Below are positions 26,851-33,968 of a stretch of 64,000 nucleotides of DNA, piece after piece. Location of the stretch: the IMG/VR virus record IMGVR_UViG_3300044677_000044, positions 33,019 to 97,018 of that record; one strand, written 5' to 3'. The notes under the pieces were generated by a model. The model ran no database searches. It was not told the origin of the DNA and saw nothing but the letters and a program-made list of their open reading frames with translations. Each line of letters starts with the position of its first letter. Positions within the stretch are counted from its first letter, which is position 1. The translations under genes were made by a program, and so were the position numbers. The stretch comes from a virus.

Positions 26851-27503
26851 GGCAGCTCCGCGTAGGTCAGCAGCAGGCGCAGGGCGGTGGTGTCGTTGGC
26901 GCGGGCCTGTTGCATGTCGGGGTGGTGGTACTCCTGCGTGCGGTACCCGGCGAGGGAGTCGGCGCGGGTCTGGTCGTCGTGGCCGCCTGTGAGGTCGGCC
27001 CGGTCGTGGAGGATCTCGATGTCGACGCGTTCGTGCCGGCCGACGGCCTGGCCGAGGTCCTGGATCCAGGAGTCGCAGTGCGGCGACAGTGACACGTGGC
27101 CGAGCGCCGTGGTCCATGCGGCGGGCCAGATCGGGAAGGTGTTGCATCCGGCGACATCGTTGCTGTGGGGCCACAGCACACCGCGGGGCCGCTGGTGAAC
27201 AGCGGTGTCCCAGCCGGGGGTGAGGAGCCGGGCGTCGTCGTTCCACAGCATCAGCCACTCGCCCTCAGCCATTTCGCCGAGGCGGTTGACGTACTTGTGG
27301 AGGCGCGAGTAGCCGTACCGCTCGGGGGCAGTCCACACGGTGGCCTGCCACGGCAGGTCTGTGGTGATCGTGGCCTGGTCGTCGGGGTCCGCGGCCACGA
27401 GGACCTGGATAGTGCCGGGCCGGTCCGCATGGTCCAGGAGGCTCGCAATGGACTCGGTGAGGGCCTTCGGCCGGCCGCGGGACGGCAGGAGAACAGAGAT
27501 CAC
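26847..27503 (-). CDS. GT-A glycosyltransferase (GT2-like)
   Basis: ISVLLPSRGRP N-terminus, WLMLWNDD (DxD-like), HCDSWI motif. Confidence 0.85.
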   Translation of the reverse strand: MISVLLPSRGRPKALTESIASLLDHADRPGTIQVLVAADPDDQATITTDLPWQATVWTAPERYGYSRLHKYVNRLGEMAEGEWLMLWNDDARLLTPGWDTAVHQRPRGVLWPHSNDVAGCNTFPIWPAAWTTALGHVSLSPHCDSWIQDLGQAVGRHERVDIEILHDRADLTGGHDDQTRADSLAGYRTQEYHHPDMQQARANDTTALRLLLTYAELP

Positions 27504-27573
27504 GCCTCGGCTCCGTACAGGTCGTGGTGGGTGAACGATCCGCTGTTCCGGCGGACGCCGCGGGGTGGCTCGG

Positions 27574-27819
27574 TCAGCCGTTGGCGCCGCCGATGAGGCC
27601 GCCCACCAGCGCGGTGCCCGTGGCGGTCGGGGGCGGCGTGGTGGGGGGAGTTGTCGGGGGTGTGGTGGGTGGCTTGCTCGTGGGCGGGGGCGTCGTCGGC
27701 CGCACGGTCGGCGTGGTGGTCGACGGGGCCGGGCCGGGCTTGTCGTGGCCGCAGGCGGCGAGGGCGAGCAGTGCGGTGCCGACAGCAGCGGCTGCGGCGA
27801 GGCGACGGGCGAGGTGCAC
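27574..27819 (-). CDS. Small Pro/Thr-rich (mucin-like) lipoprotein
   Basis: GTG 27819 with AAGGA RBS; signal peptide with lipobox LAAC; then PSTTTPTVRPTTPPPTSKPPTTPPTTPPTTPPPTAT. Confidence 0.75.
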   Translation of the reverse strand: MHLARRLAAAAAVGTALLALAACGHDKPGPAPSTTTPTVRPTTPPPTSKPPTTPPTTPPTTPPPTATGTALVGGLIGGANG

Positions 27820-27827
27820 GGGGGTCC

Positions 27828-28187
27828 TTACGGTTGAGGTTCCAGTGGTTCCCACGACATGGCCCAGCTGATGCTGACCAGCCCGGCGCGGGAGGGGTGC
27901 GGGTCCCAGGCGATCTGCCCGTCGATGAGCACCACGGCGTGCTGGTGGCCGCGCTCGGATTGCCCGCAGGCGATGCCCATGTGGACGGCGTCGTCTGGGC
28001 GGGAGATGACGAGGTAGCCGTGCTCGCGGCCCCAGTTGACGAGGTGCTGGAGCCAGTCGTCGTGGGTGATGAAGTGCGGCACGTCATCGAGGTCGAGTTC
28101 GAGGAGGCTGGCGACGGCGGCTTGGAGGCAGTTGCCGGGCACGCCGGGGATCTGGTCGGCCAGGATCGTCTGGGTGACCTCGCGCAC
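27828..28187 (-). CDS. Conserved hypothetical phage protein (Cys...His pair, possibly papain-like)
   Basis: GNCLQAAVASLLEL...VPHF...HAVVL...WDPHP motif; GTG 28187. Confidence 0.65.
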   Translation of the reverse strand: MREVTQTILADQIPGVPGNCLQAAVASLLELDLDDVPHFITHDDWLQHLVNWGREHGYLVISRPDDAVHMGIACGQSERGHQHAVVLIDGQIAWDPHPSRAGLVSISWAMSWEPLEPQP

Positions 28188-28342
28188 AGCGTCGACCTCC
28201 GTCGCTACGGCCGGAATCGGATCGGCCCGTCGTCGGGGCGGACGTGTCGCCAGCACACCGGCTGCATGGGAGCGCTTCGTAGTCGTTGGTCCTCGCTGCC
28301 CGCCCATGGGTTCCGTGGGCTGGCCGGTCGGACAGCGGGAGT

Positions 28343-28609
28343 TCAGTGGCTGCGTTCCATCAAGTGCCACACGAGCCCATTCGGGGCGAGCGCGGTGCCT
28401 CGATAGTCGACGGGGTCGCCAGCCGGGAGGGACTGGCCGGTACCGAAAACGCGGAAGGTGCGCGCCGTGGTTGTGCCGCCACCGCTGAAGGCCCACACCT
28501 CGACAACGTCCGCTTGCCTGGCGGCAACATGGAGGAGATCACCAGACAGAGGTAGCGAGTGCCAGCAGTCATCGACGGGGACTTCGTACCGGTGGATAGC
28601 GGTGGCCAT
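28343..28609 (-). CDS. Conserved hypothetical phage protein
   Basis: IHRYEVPVD...RTFRVFGTG...YRGTA...LVWHLME; AAGGA RBS. Confidence 0.7.
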   Translation of the reverse strand: MATAIHRYEVPVDDCWHSLPLSGDLLHVAARQADVVEVWAFSGGGTTTARTFRVFGTGQSLPAGDPVDYRGTALAPNGLVWHLMERSH

Positions 28610-28638
28610 GTCGTCCTTATAGGTGGCGGGAGGGAGTG

Positions 28639-28674
28639 CCTCGCGGCCCGGGCCCCTTCACCCAGGCCGCGAGG
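28639..28674. terminator. GC-rich inverted repeat (putative terminator)
   Basis: CCTCGCGGCC (28639-28648) / GGCCGCGAGG (28665-28674), a 10-bp perfect stem in an intergenic gap. Confidence 0.5.
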
Positions 28675-28745
28675 GGCAGGTGTCGCCCTTGGGGCATCGG
28701 CCTGCTGGCCCCGGTATCGGATGAACCGGCGGGGCGTCTGGGGGG

Positions 28746-28994
28746 TTAGGCGGCGGCTTGGCCGGCTGCCTGAGGGAGGGGTGGGGCTGCGCCGGGTTCG
28801 ATGACGGCTCTGGTGGTCTCGTCTCGTCTGGCGGCGGGGAGTTCCCACAGGTCGTAGAGGACGCCGTTGCGGCGGCCGCTGGTGGCGTGGTGTCTGGTGA
28901 TGCGGCGTTCGGCGGCCCAGCGGCGGATCGTGGACGGCGGACGGCCGACCCAGTACGCGGCGAGGTCCTCGGTGACGAGGTGCTGTTCGGGCAT
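28746..28994 (-). CDS. HTH DNA-binding protein (putative late-operon regulator)
   Basis: LVTEDLAAYWVGRPPSTIRRWAAERRI...LYDLWEL MerR/excisionase-like HTH; heads the late operon. Confidence 0.75.
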   Translation of the reverse strand: MPEQHLVTEDLAAYWVGRPPSTIRRWAAERRITRHHATSGRRNGVLYDLWELPAARRDETTRAVIEPGAAPPLPQAAGQAAA

Positions 28995-29050
28995 TCGATC
29001 ACCCCCGGACGCACGAAGGGCCACCGCGGGGGGTGGCCCTTGCGACAGAA

Positions 29051-29097
29051 CTGATCGATTGCATCAGAAAATACGCTCGCGCAGGTCGGGGCGTCAA
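29051..29097 (-). promoter_or_regulatory. Housekeeping-sigma-type promoter with downstream palindrome
   Basis: Minus strand TTGACG (29097-29092) - N18 - TATTTT (29073-29068), followed by CTGAT-N7-ATCAG inverted repeat at 29051-29067. Confidence 0.55.
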
Positions 29098-29357
29098 GCT
29101 GCATCGCTGACGGCGCGTCGGGGAACAGCCTCCACGAGGGAGGTCGCGCACCCGAGCCGCTTGGCGATCTGCGCATCGGTGGCACCGAAGAAGCGCATGT
29201 TGCTCACCACGGCCTGCTCGGCGGGATCTAGGTCAGCCTCGCCCACGTGCCGGGCGTAGTGGCGCCCGCAGCGGTCGCACCACCCCCACCGCATCTGCGT
29301 GGCGAACTCATGCGGGACGTTCCGCCAGAACCGGCGCAGCAGGGTCACGGCCTCCAT
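29094..29357 (-). CDS. Hypothetical protein with CxxC and short HTH-like tail
   Basis: WCDRCGRH; GATDAQIAKRLGCATSLV. Confidence 0.55.
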   Translation of the reverse strand: MEAVTLLRRFWRNVPHEFATQMRWGWCDRCGRHYARHVGEADLDPAEQAVVSNMRFFGATDAQIAKRLGCATSLVEAVPRRAVSDAA

Positions 29358-29364
29358 CCCTTCC

Positions 29365-30000
29365 TCACGGGCACTTCTCGCGGGTCTTCACCGCGGTGAG
29401 CGTCACGGGCTGCCCGTTGTAGGCGGTGCCGGGCTTCGGCGTCTGAGTGCACACCTTCCAGTCGGACTCCAGGATGATGATCCGTCCCTGGCCGGAGGCG
29501 TCCTTGGTGGTGATCGACGCGTTCGACGGGAGGCTGTTGCGTGCCGCGGCGAGGCCCTTGCCCACGAAGTTCTGCATCGTCTTGCCGGTCTTCGCTGGCG
29601 GCGCCTGGTCTCCGCCCTTGGGGCAGGACTCGGCGAGCTTGACCGCGCCGAGGTCGAGGGTCGTGTCGGTGGTCTCCGACTTCCCGGCGGCGGGGCTCTG
29701 TGAGCAGACCTTCCAGTCGCGGTCGAGGACTTGGTGGCGGTCCTGACCGAGGGAGTCGTGGGACTTCAGGACGTAGAACCCCTGGGCTTGGGCGGCGTCC
29801 TGCGCGGCCTGCAGGCCCTTCCCCACCAGGTTGGGCACGGCCTTGGTGTCCTTGCCCGTGGTGGCTCCGGGCGTGCTGCTCGCGGCCGCCGGGGCGTTGT
29901 TGCTGCTGCCGGTGGTGTCGCTGTTCGGGTTGCACGCGGTGAGCGCGAGCGTCCCGGTAGCGAGCAGGCCGACGACGGTGATGGTCGTACGTACGCGCAT
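29365..30000 (-). CDS. Lipoprotein with two PASTA-like repeats
   Basis: Lipobox LTAC; VPNLVGKGLQAAQD...DRDWKVCSQSP and MQNFVGKGLAAAR...ESDWKVCTQTP repeats. Confidence 0.85.
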   Translation of the reverse strand: MRVRTTITVVGLLATGTLALTACNPNSDTTGSSNNAPAAASSTPGATTGKDTKAVPNLVGKGLQAAQDAAQAQGFYVLKSHDSLGQDRHQVLDRDWKVCSQSPAAGKSETTDTTLDLGAVKLAESCPKGGDQAPPAKTGKTMQNFVGKGLAAARNSLPSNASITTKDASGQGRIIILESDWKVCTQTPKPGTAYNGQPVTLTAVKTREKCP

Positions 30001-30167
30001 GGTCGTCCCCCCTTGCGTGGTGTGTGAAGGATGAGCGTGTCAGTCCGCTTGGCCGTAGATGGGTGCTGTGACCGGCTTGTGACACTGCATCACCCGAGGA
30101 TGGGCTGGGGCGGGATGTCGGGACCGGGCATGGTCGTGGTCCTTCGTGGCTGAGCGTCTGGGGTTGG

Positions 30168-30575
30168 TCAGTGGCGGCGGCTGGCCGGGCCGTATGTGGA
30201 CTGCCAGGCCGGCCGGTCTCGGCGGGCCAGGGGCTCAAGGCTGACTTGCTGCTGCAGGGCGGATGCCTGCTCGATGGTGGCTTTCCAGTGCCGGCCGATC
30301 TGTTCGAAGGCAGACCGGAACTGTACGAGGAAGCGGCGTACCTCGGCGGCGATCGGCGCGGTGATCTCGTTGATGACGGCGAGGGCCTCTTCGCGGACAA
30401 ACTGGGCGTGGGGGCCGGTCTTGTCGCCGAGCATGACCTGGGTGACGGCGGTGTATGCGGTGTCGTGGTCGAGTCCGTGGCGGGTGGTGAGCCGCTGCAC
30501 GAGGTGGTCGCGGGCGATGAACGCGCCGGGGCCGTCGATGGGCAGCCGGCGGGGGCTGTTGGGGTCGGGGCTCAC
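30168..30575 (-). CDS. Hypothetical protein
   Basis: 135 aa ORF with GGAG RBS and GC3 bias. Confidence 0.55.
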   Translation of the reverse strand: MSPDPNSPRRLPIDGPGAFIARDHLVQRLTTRHGLDHDTAYTAVTQVMLGDKTGPHAQFVREEALAVINEITAPIAAEVRRFLVQFRSAFEQIGRHWKATIEQASALQQQVSLEPLARRDRPAWQSTYGPASRRH

Positions 30576-30638
30576 GTGGGGTCTCCTTCGGCCGGGGTGA
30601 TCTGGGGTGTGGTGATGCTGCCGGTGCCGTCGGTGGGT

Positions 30639-30914
30639 TCAGGCACGGGGCGCCTCCGGTGCGGCGGGGGTGACTGCGCCGATATGGTCGCCGCGTTCCA
30701 GGCGCATCTGCGTGAGGTACGTGAGGAGGTCGAGCGCCTCTTCCCACGCGTCGGTCAGGGCGTCTCGCCCGTTGTGGGTCTCCAGGGGGCGGCCGTACTT
30801 GCGGATGCCGTAGTCGCGGCGTTCGGCGAGTGCGGCGATGAGCACGGCCTGTACGGGCTGGTGGCCTGGTGTGGGGAGTGGCTGGTCGCGTTGGGTGTCT
30901 CGGGTGTTGGCCAT
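30639..30914 (-). CDS. Conserved phage protein (possible all-alpha NTP pyrophosphohydrolase-like)
   Basis: GIRKYGRPL...DALTDAWEEALDLLTYL EExxD acidic helix. Confidence 0.55.
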   Translation of the reverse strand: MANTRDTQRDQPLPTPGHQPVQAVLIAALAERRDYGIRKYGRPLETHNGRDALTDAWEEALDLLTYLTQMRLERGDHIGAVTPAAPEAPRA

Positions 30915-30917
30915 GGG

Positions 30918-31259
30918 TCAGCCCTCCTCGGTTGGGGGTTCGGTGTCGGCCCAGCCGAATTCGACGATCTGCCAGCCGGATGTTTCGTCGAGGTCTCCGA
31001 GGCGGATCTGGTAGCCGTGCTGCATCGCGATGAGGTCGACCTGCGAGATGAACCGTGTGTCGATATACCGCTCGCGCGGCAGGGTGTGGACTGCGGCGGT
31101 GACGGTCAGCTCCTGGTCGAGGGCTCCGCACGTGAACCCGGCGACGAACGCGGAGTCGTCGAATGGGCCGCCGTGGGATTTGACGAGGACGAAGGGCATG
31201 GCGAGTTGGTACTCGCCGGGGGTGTTGTCGTCGCCTCCGGGTTGGCTGCTGGTGCTCAT
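30918..31259 (-). CDS. Hypothetical protein
   Basis: C-terminal part of track ORF 30918..32138; ATG overlaps the upstream stop. Confidence 0.6.
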   Translation of the reverse strand: MSTSSQPGGDDNTPGEYQLAMPFVLVKSHGGPFDDSAFVAGFTCGALDQELTVTAAVHTLPRERYIDTRFISQVDLIAMQHGYQIRLGDLDETSGWQIVEFGWADTEPPTEEG

Positions 31260-32116
31260 GCGGCTGCGGCCTCCAGGGCGCGGTCGGCTTCGGTGAGGGC
31301 GTGCTGGGCTTTGCGGAGTTCGCGCAAGCCGTTGAGGTCGGCCCATGTGGTGTGGCAGGTGGGGCAGCGGATGGTTCCGCCGGCGGTGGTGGCGGTGAGT
31401 TGGGTGCCGCAGTGTCCGGGGCCGGCCAGGGCGTGGGTGGGGGTGGGGCAGGTGCCGACTTCGATGCGGCCGGGTCGGGGCGTGCCGGCCAGGGCGTGGG
31501 TGGCCTGGGTGTGGAGGTGGCGGAGTTCTTCGAGGTCCTGGGCGACTTCGTTGTAGCTGGAGCAAGCCCACAGGAGGTTGTTGCGGAGGAACGTGAGGTG
31601 GCCGGTGATGGTGGTGTGGGGGGCGGCTCGCCAGGCGGCGTAGACCCGTTTGCCGTCGGTGGTGACGGGGAGCGTCCAGCCGAGGACGGTGCGCCAGGCG
31701 TCTTCGATCGCGCCCAGGCGGGTGGCGATCCCGCCGGCGGCGGCGAGGTCGAGGACGTCGATGCGCAGGGGCATGGGGGCGTGGGCGCGCCCGGCGGTGG
31801 GGCCGCCGGTGGGCGGGTTGGGGGTGCTGTTGCTGCGGCGGGTGCCGGGGATGAGCGCGGTGGTGACGTCGAGGGCGGCGAAGAGTCCGCCGAGTTCGGC
31901 GAGGTGCTGTTCGGCTTTGTCCTGGCAGGGGCGGCAGGCGTAGCGGCCGAGCTCGGTGTCCCACAGTTTGTGGTTGCAGCCGACGCAGGTGGGCCAGGTG
32001 TAGCCGTCGTGCGGTGCCGCGTGCGGCTCGGTGCTTGGTGCGGTGCTTGGTGCGGTGTTCGGCTGGGTGTGCGGGTTGGTGGTGGCGGGGTCGTGCATGG
32101 GTGCTCCCTGCGGCAC
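31256..32116 (-). CDS. Zn-ribbon protein of Streptomyces prophages (putative late activator)
   Basis: CxxC pairs (CVGC, CRPC, CPTC) and PLRIDVLDL...IEDAWR motif. Confidence 0.65.
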   Translation of the reverse strand: MPQGAPMHDPATTNPHTQPNTAPSTAPSTEPHAAPHDGYTWPTCVGCNHKLWDTELGRYACRPCQDKAEQHLAELGGLFAALDVTTALIPGTRRSNSTPNPPTGGPTAGRAHAPMPLRIDVLDLAAAGGIATRLGAIEDAWRTVLGWTLPVTTDGKRVYAAWRAAPHTTITGHLTFLRNNLLWACSSYNEVAQDLEELRHLHTQATHALAGTPRPGRIEVGTCPTPTHALAGPGHCGTQLTATTAGGTIRCPTCHTTWADLNGLRELRKAQHALTEADRALEAAAA

Positions 32117-32636
32117 TAAGGGGGTGCGGTCCGGGCAAGGTTGATCGTCACCCCAGGGAGCGGTTTGTACTGCCTCCGGTCCGCTTCAGGGGCCTGCCGG
32201 GTGCCGCGGCCGCCACCCTGCGCGGCCGCGGGCCTGCGCGTGCCGGGTGGGCGGCGGGGCGGGCGGTGCCGGACTGGGTCGCGGGGTGCTGCGGCTTCGG
32301 CCAGCTGAAGTGGGATGCCGCGTGCCGCGCGGTCTGCCGCGCTGCCGGGCTGGTGCGTGCGGCCCGGTGTGTGCGGTGGGGGGTGGGTGTGTGGGCCCCG
32401 GTGTCAGGTCCGGGGTCCACACACCGTGCCGGGGTGAGCAGTCCCGGCTGCGTGCGGCGCTGTCCCGGCGCCCGCACGCGCTGTTGGGCGGCCCGGGTGA
32501 TCACAGCATGGGGTTGCGGTGATCGTTCCGGTGGGTGGAGTGGGCCCGGGCCGCTGCCCTGATGGTGGGGTGGGGGTGCGGGGCTGTCCACCGTGTTCTG
32601 CCCCGAGTCGGGTTGCGGTGCTGGTCAGGGCTGGGG

Positions 32637-33029
32637 TCAGGCGAGGATCAGTGCGGCGATCGCGAGCGCGGTGATGTGCGCGGTCTGGTCGACGTGGGGG
32701 GCTCCGCCGCGGGTACGGAAGTCGGCGGACCCGGTGTTGTCCATCCACCAGGCGACCGGCCAGCGGCGGTCGATGAAGCCGTGCGAGGCGCCGATCCAGG
32801 CGAGCGCGATGGCGGTACGGGCCGCGGGGAGGTGCACGCCGTTCAAGACGGCGGCACCGATCGTGAGGGCGACCGCGCAGGTGACGACGTGGGTTGCGGC
32901 GTGGGTCAGGTTGGCCCACCAGCCGGCGCGGCCGGGCTCGGACTTGAGGATGGCCTGCCGGTCGGTCTGGATGGCGTAGTCCGCGATCAGGTGGGCGACG
33001 TAGAGCAGGACGAAAGCGGTGGCGAACAC
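32637..33029 (-). CDS. DUF3307 family membrane protein (plasmid spread/transfer-associated)
   Basis: HLIADYAIQTD...HAATH...SHGFIDRRWP...VDQTAH motifs; GTG 33029. Confidence 0.8.
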   Translation of the reverse strand: MFATAFVLLYVAHLIADYAIQTDRQAILKSEPGRAGWWANLTHAATHVVTCAVALTIGAAVLNGVHLPAARTAIALAWIGASHGFIDRRWPVAWWMDNTGSADFRTRGGAPHVDQTAHITALAIAALILA

Positions 33030-33114
33030 GAAGGGTCTCCAGGTTGGGTCGGGTTGGGGATGAAGATGCCCCGCACGCTGGCGGGGCTCTTCACGCGGTG
33101 CTGCGTGGGGTGGG

Positions 33115-33747
33115 TCAGTGGCCTTGCTGGGCCGCGGTGTGCCCGGCGGCGGTGAGCAGGGCGGTGGCCTGGTCGGCGGTGCGGCCGGGGGCACGGTTCC
33201 ACGGGCCGATGAGCTCGGTCCATCCCTGTCGGCGGAGTTCGGACAGGACGTAGGTCGCGGAGCGTCCGGCGGTGGTGTGGGAGCCGTAGCCGAGGCGTTC
33301 GGCGGCGAGGATCGCCCCGCACACACATCGGGCGCCGCCGAAGGACCGCAGCCGGTAGGGCTCGTTCTGCCAGCCCCATTCCTCGAGCACGCGGGCGGCG
33401 TAGCCGAGTTGCACGGACGGCTTGAGGTCGGGTTGGTAGAGGCGGCGCCAGGTGTGGAGGCGGTCGGGCACGAGGGCGGCGATACGGCCGGGGAGTTGCC
33501 GGTCGGCGGGTGCGGGGCCGAGGCGGACGCCGGCGTCGGCGATGAGCTGTTCGGTGGTGCGGGTGAGGAGCAGGCCGGGGACGTCGGTGACCAGGTCGGC
33601 GCCGTCCCCGTTCGGCTTGTTCTCCGGGCGGCCGGTGGGGGCCGGGGTGGTGGTGTGCCAGCCGTCGACCATGGCCTGCCAGGCCGCCGTGTCGTAGAGC
33701 ACGGCGGCCTGCTGGTCGAGCAGGTTGGGGTCGAGGCTGGCGGTCAC
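33115..33747 (-). CDS. DUF6197-like hypothetical protein
   Basis: AARVLEEWGW...GARCVCGAI...PWNRAPGRT motif common in Streptomyces plasmid/AICE transfer regions. Confidence 0.6.
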   Translation of the reverse strand: MTASLDPNLLDQQAAVLYDTAAWQAMVDGWHTTTPAPTGRPENKPNGDGADLVTDVPGLLLTRTTEQLIADAGVRLGPAPADRQLPGRIAALVPDRLHTWRRLYQPDLKPSVQLGYAARVLEEWGWQNEPYRLRSFGGARCVCGAILAAERLGYGSHTTAGRSATYVLSELRRQGWTELIGPWNRAPGRTADQATALLTAAGHTAAQQGH

Positions 33748-33753
33748 GGGGGT

Positions 33754-33954
33754 TCAGGTCTCCAGGTCGTTGTCGGGGCGGGTGGTGGGCGGTTCGGGCC
33801 GTCGGCCGAGGCCGAAGGGGGTGCGGAGTCCGGCGGCGCGTAAGGCGCGGCGTAAGGGCGAGTTGCGGATCATGCGGTCGGGGTCGAAGCGGATGTATCC
33901 GGGCCGCTCGTGGTCGTCGTGGTCGTCCGGGGGCGGCGGTGTGTGCTGGGGCAT
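33754..33954 (-). CDS. Small hypothetical protein with two TTA codons
   Basis: 66 aa; in-frame TTA at 33853-33855 and 33841-33843 (SP-L-RRA-L-RA). Confidence 0.55.
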   Translation of the reverse strand: MPQHTPPPPDDHDDHERPGYIRFDPDRMIRNSPLRRALRAAGLRTPFGLGRRPEPPTTRPDNDLET

Positions 33955-33968
33955 GGTCGTGGTCCTGG

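Noticed and set aside
28200-28340. Possible ncRNA or tRNA in the gap before 27828..28187
   Set aside because: No cloverleaf or T-loop motif could be built by eye; no supporting structure.
32030-32062. Short tandem GGTGCTTGGTGC repeats
   Set aside because: Encode a low-complexity PSTA linker in 31256..32116; only 2-3 units and no sign of function.
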